From NCBI RefSeq assembly GCF_018350175.1, contig NC_058382.1, forward strand, positions 8,742,001-8,806,000: a stretch of 64,000 bases of DNA, written 5' to 3'. The position numbers and the translations under genes are program-made. The DNA is from Felis catus (Eukaryota). Position 1 is the first letter of the stretch; each line of letters starts with the position of its first letter. Positions 1-10,985 of this stretch are shown one piece after another. Under the pieces are notes generated by a model. That model saw nothing but the letters and a program-made list of their open reading frames with translations, searched no databases and was not told the origin of the DNA.

Positions 1-12
1 GAGTCATGCTGA
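1..12 (-). promoter_or_regulatory. Probable FTL antioxidant response element (ARE/MARE), cut by the window edge
   Basis: Minus strand reads TCAGCATGACTC, matching the recalled FTL ARE (TCAGCATGACTCAGCA). FTL lies just downstream of BAX in the syntenic human locus. Confidence 0.55.
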
Positions 13-1214
13 ACTCAGCGGTAAGGGTCTCAGGCAGAGAGACGGGGTGGGGCCACTGACTGACCTCACGTCCTGCCAGACTGCTGACTGGCGGGGACCC
101 CGGGAACTAGGCCTGGCTGGGATCCAAGTCTGGCCCCCTCCCCCCAGGGTGCCACCTCGAGTGTGCTTTGTCTCTGCATCTTACGGTCTTTTCGAGTTCC
201 TCCGGCCTGTGGCCATATTGTCTCCTCTCTGGGCGGTGACTCAGTCTCCCTTCACTATCTTGTCTGACAGCTCTCCCCTGACTTGGTGTCTCTGGGGAGA
301 GTCTATGGGGGAGGGGCAGGTGCTCCAGGCACACAGTCACAATGGGGCCTGAGTTACTCATTCACCAAATTTCAAACCTCAGCCTAAAGACCTTTAGCCT
401 CCACCAGGCCCCACCTGCAGAGAGGGGTGACTTTGGAAATGCTCACAGGTAGAGGGAGAGGAAGGGGGGAGACAAAGATGATCTGAAGAAGGACCCAGAT
501 CTTGGGGGTGAGGGGTAGACAGGGGATGGGGGAAGAGGCCCAGAGACAAGAGGACAGAAAGACCCAGAGAGAAGGGACAACAGACGCTGTGACTAAGTGA
601 TTTCAATCTCTGATTTCCTCTTCTGTGTCCAATCTACTAGGCCATTTTGCAGTATCTGCACCCGGGCCTGTTCTCCGGGAGGGCCCCCCCCCCCCAGCCC
701 ATCCAGCCTTGTCCCCTCCTCTCCGGCCACTCAGCACAAGCTCAGGCCTTGACCTCTCCCTTGGATCTTCTGGGCCCAGCCTTCTGACCTCGGGTAGCTT
801 CCCCACAGGGCTCTAGAGCCCTCTCCTGGCCCACTGAGTCCTGCCACCTCCCCCCCGCCCCGCCCCATTCTCCACCTAAGTGTGCGACTTCCTCTGGTCC
901 CATATGGTGGAAGCTTCCGAGGCCTAGTTCCCCAGGGCCTGCTGCCCTGTCCTACAGCCTGGACTCCACTGCCTGAGGGCTTGTCTTGCCCACTGCTGCC
1001 TGGAACACAGCACCACCATAGACCTCAACGCAAGTGATCTTCGGTCCCCTCCCAATTGTGGGCTTTTGGAGGGCAGAGCGGGGACCTAATCCCTCACTAA
1101 CCCAGAGGGCACTGGGCTCCCTCAAAAGATTTGCCGGCACATGAAGTCTGGTCTCCTGTGACAGCCAGGGAGAGGGCTCAGTGACTCAGACTCCGAAGTG
1201 AGGCCTGAAAGAGG

Positions 1215-1220
1215 TTTATT
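1215..1220 (-). terminator. BAX: BAX polyadenylation signal AATAAA
   Basis: tttatt on the + strand about 150 nt past the BAX stop codon. Confidence 0.8.
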
Positions 1221-1367
1221 GCCCCCCACCAGACCTCTCCTCCCCCACATCCCCCCCCCCAATAATTACAAAAGTAAGAAAAATGCCCATGGCCCCCAAT
1301 TCCCACCCCTCCCGGAAAAATGCCATAATTTATGCAGAAAAGACACAGTCCAAGGCAGCTGGTGGCC

Positions 1368-1472
1368 TCAGCCCATCTTTTTCCAGATGGTGAGTGACGC
1401 AGTCAGCACTCCGGCCACAAAGATGGTCACTGTCTGCCACGTGGGTGTCCCAAAGTAGGAGAGGAGGCCGTC
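1368..1472 (-). CDS. BAX: BAX exon 6 (C-terminal TM helix and stop)
   Basis: DGLLSYFGTPTWQTVTIFVAGVLTASLTIWKKMG*; cag acceptor; 105 nt. Confidence 0.97.
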   Translation of the reverse strand, partial: DGLLSYFGTPTWQTVTIFVAGVLTASLTIWKKMG

Positions 1473-1700
1473 CTGCAGACAGGTACATGAGTCACTTCAG
1501 CAGCTGGGCCAAGGGGGAGCCCCTGCGCCAGCATGTGAGGAATCAGGGAGGGAGAGGGGCCTGGGAAAGGTCAAAGGGCATGAGTGGGGGTAAAAGCCTA
1601 AGATTAATGGATACTAAAGAGTTGGGGTCGTAGGGTTATCAAAAAACTTGACGGATTCCAGGGGAAGTGGAGGCACCAGGGAGAACAGGAGATACTAGTT

Positions 1701-1765
1701 AGGTCAGGGGTCACCGAGAGGTCAGGGGTCACCGAGAGGTCATGGGGTCACTGAGAGGTCAGGGG
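1701..1765 (+). repeat. 18-bp minisatellite (AGGTCAGGGGTCACCGAG) x about 3.5 in BAX intron 5
   Basis: Tandem copies visible directly. Confidence 0.85.
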
Positions 1766-1919
1766 CGACCAGATGAGTCAGGAATTGATCAGATGTGTGA
1801 GGAAATGCATTATAGACCCCATCTGATGATCCAGAATCAGGGAGGACAACACTGTGTTGGGCTCAGGAAGACTCAGGGGTCTCAGAGTAGTAGGGGTGGG
1901 AGGAGGTTAGGGGCCTCAC

Positions 1920-2024
1920 CCAACCACCCTGGTCCTGGATCCAGCCCAGCAGCCGCTCTCGAAGGAAGTCCAGTGTCCAGCCCATGATGGTCCGGATCAG
2001 CTCGGGCACCTTGGTACACAGGGC
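1920..2024 (-). CDS. BAX: BAX exon 5 (BH2)
   Basis: ALCTKVPELIRTIMGWTLDFLRERLLGWIQDQGGW; AG/GT boundaries; 105 nt. Confidence 0.97.
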
Positions 2025-3493
2025 CTGCAGGGAGTGGAATAGGCCTTAGGGATTCAGCCTTGTCCTCACTGTTGGGACAGTGGCCCGACGCCTTTCTCAA
2101 CTCTGCCTCCCCTCCTGCCCCACTGCAGTCTCTTTTCCACTCATAATCAGAACGAGCTTCGTAAATTGTTAACTGGATCTTTTTACTGTCAACTGCCCTG
2201 CTCACATACCTTCCATGGCTCCCCAGGTGGTAAAGACCAAAAGGCATAGCTCAGCCCACAAGGCCCTGTATGAAGGCTCTGACTTGATCGCATTCCATTT
2301 TTCCACTTCTTTTCTGTGTCTCATTTACCTTCTTCCACATCTTCATTCCCACCAACTCTTCCCTGCCTCAGGACCTTTGCACATGCTGATTCTTCTACCT
2401 AAACAGGCTTTAACCAAGCAAATTTTTACTCCTCCCTCAAAGCTCTAATGTCAGGTCTGATGTCATTCTCCAGAGAGGGGTTTTCTGACCTTCACACTAG
2501 GTAGGACTAGCCATCCCCCCCTGCCCATGACTCTCCAACAACCTGAACTTCCCTTTCCCACCCTCTATCTGGCTGTCTCTTCCCTGTTGTCCACCTCATA
2601 TCCAATATTCAAGCCCCATCATTAATCTGGCAAACACATTAAGAAATCTGCCCCCCCCCCACCTCCACTGCAACCACTAGAGTCAGGGTTAGTCATCATT
2701 CAGCAGGACTATTACAGGTGCCCCCTTCCCACATTTCCCAGGTTTTGCCCCATAATCTTTCTTTTCTACCCACAATGGCCAGAAAAAAATTGTCGGGCTT
2801 CTGCTTCCCCCATATTTTATCGTGACAGACTTCTGATAGAAAAGTTAACAGAATTTTACAGTGCATAGCCACATACCTGGAGCCTAGATTGTACAATTAA
2901 CATTTTGCTTGCTAGAACAGTCCTTTAGATTTAGAAGTCAGGTCACCCCACTCTCCTGTTTCTAACCACCCAGTCACTCGCATCTCACTCAGAGCAAAGC
3001 TAACATCCTTGCAATGGCCCAGCGGACCCCTCACAATCTGCCCTCATTTCCCACCCATTCCCCCTCCTCCCTGCCCTCAATGCATCAGCCTTGGTCCTGC
3101 CTCAGGGCCTTTGCACTTGCCGGGGCCCGTTATCAGATGCCTTTTCCCCAGTCTTCACAGATCGCTGCAACTTTGGCTTTGAGGTCATCCCCTCTCAGAA
3201 GTCTTTCCCGACCACTTTGCACAATTACATCACCAAACTCATCAGACATCGTGGGCTCCACGAGAGCAGGGACCTAGCCTGCTTTGTTGGGTGCCGCTTC
3301 TTGGGTCAGGCACATAGTAGGCCCAATAAATGTCTGCTGCACGAGTAACTGAAGGAGCCAACGCACCAGCCCGTAGCCCTCTCCATTCCCTTTGCGCTTA
3401 GTGGGCTGCCACAGGGGTTGACCTCACGACTCCCAGGTCCTCCTAGGTCTGAGCGGAGCATCCCTGGGGGCTCACTGCCCGGCAGCCGCCCAC

Positions 3494-3629
3494 CTTGAGC
3501 ACCAGTTTGCTGGCAAAGTAGAAGAGGGCAACGACCCGGCCCCAGTTGAAGTTGCCATCGGAAAACATCTCCGCTGCCACTCGGAAAAAGACCTCGCGGG
3601 GGGAGTCTGTGTCCACAGCTGCGATCATC
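3494..3629 (-). CDS. BAX: BAX exon 4 (BH1, NWGR)
   Basis: MIAAVDTDSPREVFFRVAAEMFSDGNFNWGRVVALFYFASKLVLK; 136 nt. Confidence 0.97.
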
Positions 3630-4030
3630 CTGCAGGAAAGAGGAAGGCCAGTGCTGCCGAGGGAAGACCAGGCAGGGCGTGGGGGAGACTCTGGGATTCA
3701 CCTCACACCAAAGACAAGGATGCCGAGGCCCAAGTTAGGCTGTCATGAAAAAGAACGGGCCAACGTGGGGGAAAGGGACGAGATGGACATTCAGGAAAGT
3801 GGGGAAAATGACTCCCTGAGGGAGGGTTTCAGTAGCCTAGAGGAAGGGCGGGCTTCTCAGCCAGGGAGCTGGGTAGAGTGGTGGGGCCCTGGACGCCTGG
3901 GTCCGAGGGAGTAGCAGACTGTGGATCCGAACTCCAGGCCCAGGGGAAGAGGGGCCTGAGAGCCGGGGCTCTGGGGAACGTGAGGGAGAAGGGGACCAGT
4001 GGCTGGATTCCTGGGGCCCAGGGGCCACAC

Positions 4031-4177
4031 CTCTGCAATTCCATGTTACTGTCCAGTTCATCTCCGATGCGCTTGAGACACTCGCTCAGCTTCTTGGTGG
4101 ACGCGTCCTGGGGCACCTGCTCCAGGGCCAGCTCGGGCGTCTCTCCCCCCATTCGCCCTGCTCGATCTTGGATGAAA
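4031..4177 (-). CDS. BAX: BAX exon 3 (BH3)
   Basis: [49 protein letters not shown]; 147 nt. Confidence 0.97.
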
Positions 4178-4267
4178 CTAGAGTGGGAATGGAGTGTGGA
4201 GGGTGCAGAATCAGAATGGGGCCTCACTCCTCCAATCCGCTCGGCAATAATCACACCTCAGACTCAC

Positions 4268-4319
4268 CCCTGAAGCAAAAGGGCCCCTGTCTTCATGATC
4301 TGCTCAGAGCTGGTGGGCC
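4268..4319 (-). CDS. BAX: BAX exon 2
   Basis: GPTSSEQIMKTGALLLQG; tag acceptor, gtgagt donor; 52 nt. Confidence 0.96.
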
Positions 4320-4623
4320 CTAGAGGAGAAAGGAGGGAAGACGTGCCTGGACTCTTGGGTCCTAGGGGATTCAGGGAACTAGGGTGGCTCATGATCTCTG
4401 AGGGAGGACAGCACTAGGGGGTCCTGCATTTCTGGGTCCCTGGTAGATACAGTGCCTAGGGGCCCGGGCAGCTGAGTCCCTGGTGGAGATAAAGGCAGGG
4501 AGCCTCGGCCAGTATCCTGCGTTCTTCCGGCGGAGGAGGTTGAGGGAACACTTCATGCATCCAGACCCCTGGCCTGAGGGGGCAGAGGAGAGACCCGCCC
4601 CTCCCACCAGGAAGTGGTGCCGG

Positions 4624-4643
4624 CGACAAGCCCGGGCCTGCCC
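4624..4643 (-). promoter_or_regulatory. BAX: p53 response element in BAX intron 1
   Basis: Minus strand GGGCAGGCCC GGGCTTGTCG, two adjacent RRRCWWGYYY-like decamers; matches the recalled human BAX intronic p53 element. Confidence 0.85.
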
Positions 4644-4840
4644 CGGGGCTTGGGATTCTGGGGTCTCCAGCTTCTCGGGGGTCCGAGAGCGCCAGGCAGA
4701 AAGGCATCGGGACGCGGAGGCCAGAGAGCCGGGAACCCCCGGGGAGGGAGGGGGCTGGAAGCTGGCAGCGCCCGATCCGGGAGTTTCTGCCCCGGAGTGC
4801 TTGGAGATCGCATGGCCCCAAGACCGGCAGGAGGGATCGT

Positions 4841-4980
4841 NNNNNNNNNNNNNNNNNNNNNNNNNNNNNNNNNNNNNNNNNNNNNNNNNNNNNNNNNNNN
4901 NNNNNNNNNNNNNNNNNNNNNNNNNNNNNNNNNNNNNNNNNNNNNNNNNNNNNNNNNNNNNNNNNNNNNNNNNNNNNNNN
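4841..4980. other. BAX: Assembly gap (140 N) expected to hold BAX exon 1 and start codon
   Basis: N run between intron 1 and the CpG-rich promoter; the N-terminal MDGSGEQPRGG exon is not visible elsewhere. Confidence 0.85.
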
Positions 4981-5140
4981 GCACGCCCCTGGTCACGTGA
5001 GCGCCCCGCTGAACGTGCGTGCTCTCACGTGACCGCCCCGCAAAATGGCGGCCCGCAGGCTGTCGCCCCGCAGGGCTGTTGGGTCACGTGACGGCACCTG
5101 CCTCACCTGCTTGGGGAGGCCGGGCCCCTATCACGTGACT
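4981..5140 (-). promoter_or_regulatory. BAX: BAX promoter/5'UTR CpG island with four E-boxes and a YY1 site
   Basis: CACGTG at 4994, 5026, 5085, 5132 (all TCACGTGA); CAAAATGGCGGC at 5041-5052. Confidence 0.85.
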
Positions 5141-6257
5141 ATCTAATCTGCACCTACAGGTAAGAACCCGTCGTGGCGCCCTTCCACCCGCCACTCATTC
5201 AATGGCAGCTGTAACTTTCATTCATTCATTCATGCAGTATTTTTGGAAGTTTCAGGTGACTTTAAGACCTTCCCAGGGCAGAAGCAACATCGGAGGCCCA
5301 AAATCTCACTCACTGAGGCAGGACGTTTTAGACGATTAGAGTCTGTGAGCTGTTTTTGTGACAAGGAATATGAAGTTCAAAAAATGGCAAAACTAACCTG
5401 TGGTAGCAGATTGGCAGGGTATGAGCAGGGAGGGGCCCCAAGACAGGCACCCGGGGTGCCTGGAAGATGCTGTATCTTGATCGAGATGATGATTACTCGG
5501 GGATACACGTGTTGAAAAATTCATGGAACTGTGCGTATGCAATGTGCACTTTACTGCGTAGAAATGATATTTCCTCTTAAGAGGACAAGAGAATTCGGAT
5601 TAGAAAATAGGTCGGGGTCAGATAATGAAGTGGGGGGAGCATACAAGAGAAGGGGTCTCTGTCCCAAGGGTGGCTGGGAGCCATAGCAATAGAAGATTAT
5701 AGGAGCCCTAGTACATCAGCCCAACACCGCCAGGAACATAGTGTGACAAAGTCAAGTTTATTGACCCATTGCGATGATGGAGACCGCACAAGAGAGAAAC
5801 CATGGAGCATTTTGACGAAGGAAAAGGTAGAGTTCTCACAGAATCTGCAGGAAGGGCAGGGCAACACCAGGTGCAGACTGTGAAGAGGAACCGGGTGCTC
5901 GTGCCCTTGGAAACTACAAGGTGAATCTAGATATGGAGTGGTCCCTAAACCCGTTGTGTGAGGCTCTGCACCAGGATTGGAAATTGAGGCTGCTACTCTG
6001 TTTCAAATGCCTACAGGCAAGAGTGGGATGTTTCATTTTTACTGAGGGAGCGGATTCTAGGGAACAAAGTTTCTCTGTAAGAAAGCATGTCCTTGGGGGA
6101 AAGTGTTTCCTGTTAACTTTGAAGCGAGCTTTATCTTTGCCTGTTATTTCCGCCCAATGAATGAGCCCTCCCTTTGCCTTAATTACAGAGAAAAGAAGAA
6201 AGGGCTTTTTGATGCCCACCTCTCAACAGTGCAGCCTTTGAGCAGGAGGGAGAAAAC

Positions 6258-6860
6258 TTTTTATTTTATTTTTTTGAGAAGGTGAGAGCACGAGTGGGGG
6301 AGGGGCAGAGGGCGAGGGAGAGAATCTCAAGCAGGCTCCATGAAGGGCTTGATCCCACAACTTGACAATCCTGACCGGAGCCAAAATCAAGAGTTGGGAT
6401 GCTTAACTGACTGAGCCACCCAGGGGCCCGGAAAACTTTTTAGCTAGTTCTGAAGTCAAAACTGTTTATAATAACAAGGATGCTACTTTGGAACTGTGAA
6501 ACCCTCTTCCAAGATGGTCCCCAATGACTTTAGTCCCCAGGTATATTCATGCCCCCTGTGTAGGGCCCTCCCACACTGAATAGGGCTAAACAGTGTGGCC
6601 AGTAGGGTATTGTGGAAATGACAGTGCGATTTCCAAAGTTAACTCATGAGTCACTGCAGCTTCAGGGTGCCTGGGTTAAGCGTCCGACTTCATCTCAGGT
6701 CATGATCTCATGGTTCATGAGTTCGAGCCCCGTGTCGGGCTCTGTGCTCACAGCTCAGAGCCTGGAGCCTGCTTCGGATTCTGTGTCTCCCTCTCTGTCT
6801 GCCCCTCTCCCACCTCTGTCTTTCTCTCTCAAAAATAAGTAAGCATTAAAAAAAAAAAAA
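6258..6860. mobile_element. Two CAN-SINEs (about 6258-6429 minus, about 6664-6860 plus)
   Basis: tRNA-derived head, CT-rich linker, A-rich tail. Confidence 0.8.
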
Positions 6861-7003
6861 CTTTTTAAAAAGTGTTTCTGTGAACAAGGAAGAAATTGCA
6901 GTGCCTTTCCTACCAGCCTCGCAAGTCATGGAGCATCCGTGTGGCAAGGGTTACGAGTGAGTCATGAGAACCCTCCATTTTCAGGGAAGAGGAACTAGAC
7001 TCC

Positions 7004-7045
<42 letters not shown>

Positions 7046-7324
7046 GTAGACTCCATGCCCAGCGCAGAGCCCAATGCAGGGCTTGACCCTGAGATCGAGA
7101 CCTAAGCTGAGATCAAGCAGACTCCAACTCTTAACGGGGGAAGTAAGCAGGGACAGGACATATCTTTGGAAACTGGGAAGTGGCACCCCAATTCAGCTGC
7201 TCTAGCAATGGCTAATGTAAGAGTGGCTTAAATAACAGTGAAGTTGATTGACCTCTTGTGTAACAGTCCGAGAGAGTATGCAATCCCTGGTGACATTAAC
7301 AGGGAGTGAATTTCCGGTGTCAGG

Positions 7325-7790
7325 GACTGCCTGCTTAATTTTCTCTGTCAACTTGACTGGGCCACAGGTCGCCCAGATATCTGGTCGAACATTCTCCGGG
7401 TGTTTCGGGTGCGATTAACATTTAAATTGGTGACTTGGTAAAGCAGACTAGGCTCCCTGCTGTGGGCGACCCCATCCGATGAGATGAAAGGCCCATCCTC
7501 CTCAGAGGGAGAAAGAATTCTTTCTGCCTGATTGCCTTCGACCTGGGACATGGGCTTTTTTTTCCTGCATCCAGACTCTCACTGAAACATCAGCCCTTCC
7601 TGCATTTCCAGCTGCCTGCCTTCTGATGAGACCTACACCATCAACTGTCCTGGTACTCAGGCCTTTGGACTCGGACTGGAACTAAACATCGGCCCTCCTG
7701 GGTCTCCAGTTCACCAACTTGCCCTGCGGATCTCAAGGCCTGCCTACCTCCATAATTGTGTTTTTCTTCTAGCCTTCTAGCTTGTGGGTC
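7325..7790 (+). mobile_element. MLT2-type ERVL LTR remnant
   Basis: ctgtcaacttgactgggccacagg...cccagatatctggtc... resembles the recalled MLT2 consensus; ends approximate. Confidence 0.6.
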
Positions 7791-8364
7791 CACCATCTGC
7801 AACACGTGGTTTCCATCTCGCGGGAGAAGAGGACACGCCAATGCCCGACACAGCTCTACTCCAGTCCCAAGAAGGGAGAGGTTGAAAGGGAGGCCATCCT
7901 CTTTGCCTAAAAAAGGCCATAACGCAGATGCTGCACACATCCCATTGGCCAGAACCCATTCACGTGGTAAGACCTAGTTGCAAGGGAGCCTGGGAAATGT
8001 AGTCTTTAGCTGGGCAGCCATATGTCCAGTGAAAACTTTCCTATCGTCCATGATTGAAGGGACATCTAGCAGTGTTTGCCACACAAAAGATTGAAACCAA
8101 GCAAACAGAGGGCTGAAGCCAATGTAGTGATACCTGAATGACGTGTAAAGAGACTTGCAATAGAAAACGCATTTGATTGACATCTAGTCCCTCTCGTTTG
8201 CCCACAGTGAGAATTATTCGTGCAAACCCAACGTATCCATCTCAATCTTCTAGAACCTGGCAGAATTGAACTTCCTGGACTCTCTGTGACTCACCAAGGT
8301 CACGTGACTAGTTGTTGCCAATGAATTTCACGAGGTTATGTATGTTGTTTATGTGTTAGGGCGC

Positions 8365-8581
8365 GTTTTTTTTTTTTAACGTTTATTCATTAGAGAGAGA
8401 GAGAGAGACAAAGCATGAGTGGGGGAGGGGCAGAGAAAGAGGGAGACACAGAATCCGAAACAGGCTCCAGGCTCTGAGCTGTCAGCACAGGGCCCGACGT
8501 GGGGCTCGAACCCACCAGCTGTGAGATCATGACCCGAGCCAAAGTCAGACGCTCAACTGCTTGAGCCACTCAGGCGCCCCC
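8365..8581 (-). mobile_element. CAN-SINE
   Basis: Reverse-complement SINE with (GA)n and poly-T. Confidence 0.85.
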
Positions 8582-8973
8582 ATCAGTTAACATTTTTTGA
8601 GAACCTACTGGATGCTGGAGGCTGTTCATATACTATCGCATTTATTCCTCCCCAGAGTGTGGTTGGTAGTATGTCTCTTCTTTACCGATGAGAAGACGGG
8701 GGCAGGGAGGAGCTGCGGCAGAGTGCAGTTGGGGACACCTCCTACCCACCCACTCTTCCTTGCCCAAGGTCACAGAGTCTATGCTAGGCAAACCAAGGAT
8801 CTGCCCACAGGTGTCTGCTCCAAAAACTTGTGAGAAATGTGGTCCTGACTCTGCCTTCCTCCCCTTCCCCACATCCTTCTACCAGATTTACTCACTAGTG
8901 ACCCCTTTGATGGGTGGGCTTGCTCCAGCTCCCACCAAACCACCATTGCTAAGATTTCTGTGGCAACCATGCC

Positions 8974-8983
8974 TTTATTTATT
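8974..8983 (-). terminator. DHDH: DHDH polyadenylation signal (overlapping AATAAATAAA)
   Basis: tttatttatt about 12 nt beyond the stop codon. Confidence 0.75.
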
Positions 8984-8994
8984 CGGGGCCTGCA

Positions 8995-9120
<126 letters not shown>

Positions 9121-9351
9121 TTAGGGACCCCCCCATGCACGCCTCAAAGATCGAAAGAACTACCATCCCCAGAATCCCATGAGGCACAAAAGTAATACAT
9201 GGGTTGTGCAGATGGATGCCCCAGGGGATCCTGGGAGTTGTAGTTCCAGACAGCTATTGAGAGTGGCCAAGGGGTGAGGAGTGGCCCACTCCCCTACCAG
9301 GCTTGCCTCTCTCCGCCCTGCCACCCTCTCACCCCTCCTCCACATCCTTAC

Positions 9352-9505
9352 CCTTTCGTAGGCACTCCCGGACATGCTTGGCCTCGTAAGTCATGCCCAC
9401 TCCATGCATAAAGTTGAACTCCTTGCCTGGGGCTGGGGGCAGCGCAAACTCCTTATGCTCTCCCTTCACCACCAGCTCTGTTGGGCACCAGCAGGGGCTG
9501 AGGAT
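9352..9505 (-). CDS. DHDH: DHDH exon 6
   Basis: [51 protein letters not shown]; 154 nt. Confidence 0.93.
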
Positions 9506-10330
9506 CTGGGGACAGGTAAGAGGTGGCTGCCTGGGGGGCTCCAGCCTAATGATGCTTAGGGGCCTCCCTCTCACACCTGGCGGCTAGAGGTTGGTTACCC
9601 TCCAACCTCAAGAGGGCCTGCCCCCCTACCCCCTCACTGGGGGATTTGTTCAACAGCATGACTGTCCCACTAGAAGCCTGTCTGTTCATCTCCCCCGGGG
9701 CAAACCCCTCTCTCACCTGATGCTTAGGCCCAGTGAAGACAGCTTATCTGTGTGCGAATCCCCTCTCCCAGGAGGAGACTTAGATAATCCAGCACCTTCT
9801 TATCTCCTGGGTGACTTGAGTTTTTGGCCCCAGAGCCCTGGGAAGCCTCCATTATTTCCATACCCAAGTCTAGGCCCAACTGGAAATAGAGATGTGGCCA
9901 GGGCAAGGTCCAAATTTTGCAGTTCAAGTCTGGGGCGAGGCCCAAACCCTTCTGCTAAGAACAGGATTTCTTTCTAGCGACAGGGCCCCACGAAGCCCAA
10001 TGAAGCCGCTCTTTGGTCAGGCGCAGATCCCGTCCTGGAAGCAATCTCAAAGGCCACAGCTGCCCTCTAAGCACGGTCGATAACGGTTTCTCCTCAGGCC
10101 TAAGGGTTTCTGACGGACTAAGTTCGCGGTCAGGAGGGAGCCCGGAGAGCCAAACCCATCCCAAAGCCTGGTGGTCAGGGATGGATTCCTCAGCAGTGCT
10201 GGGGAAAAGGCTCGCAGCCAGCTCCGGCAGCCAGAGCGGGCCCACTCCTGTTGCCAGGGGCCACGGTTCCCGGTTCCCAGTTCCCAGCACTTGGGACCAG
10301 TCCCCACTGGCTTGGCCAGTCCCACCTCAC

Positions 10331-10455
10331 CTGGGCCGTGCCCTTGGTACCGCTCACAGAGTTCACATTGGAGAGCTCAGCAGTGATGCTGCAGGTAAAG
10401 CTGCCGTGGACCCCTCCTGGGTACTGGAGGAGCACAGTGACGGTGTCGTCCACCC
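10331..10455 (-). CDS. DHDH: DHDH exon 5
   Basis: [42 protein letters not shown]; 125 nt. Confidence 0.94.
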
Positions 10456-10985
10456 CTGCGGGAGGCACAGCACGGGAGAAGGCCTGGCCTCAGAGCCTGC
10501 CTAGGGCGCCCTGGGCAAGAGGTCTCATCTCTAAGGCAGCCGCGAAAAAGCACCAGGCGAAGTGACAGAAGCCAGACATAAAAGTTGGCCTGCTGTCGGG
10601 CTCCACTTGTGTGAAGTGTGCAAGATTGGGTGGACCCCGAGACAGGGAGGAGATCGGCGCCCGCTTAGGGCTCAGGGCCATGGGAGGACTCGCTGTGGGG
10701 ATAGGTTTTTGGGTGTTGTTGTTTTGTTTGGAGTGATGAGAATATTCTAAAATGGATCCTGTTAACTGCGCAACTCTATGGATATACTAACGCCATGGAA
10801 TTCTACATTTGGAATGGATAAATTCTATGGTGTGCGAATTCTATCTCAGGAAAGCTGTTAGCAAAATAAAAGAAAAAGAGAGGGACGGAGACTTAATGTG
10901 TCAGAGCCTCGACATCATCCTCTGCAAATACCCGTTGTATAGGTTTGGGAGAATCCGTTTCTTCGGCTCTAAAATGGGGATAATT

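Noticed and set aside
1701-1765. Direct repeats as a CRISPR-like array
   Set aside because: Eukaryotic context, no unique spacers and no cas genes; it is a simple minisatellite.
4841-4980. Apparent loss of the BAX start exon
   Set aside because: It coincides with an N gap in a GC-rich island, and all other exons and regulatory sites are intact.
7988-8004. Another TGGGAAATGTAGT motif
   Set aside because: It lies in what looks like an old MaLR LTR and has no convergent partner, so it was not counted in the paired pattern.
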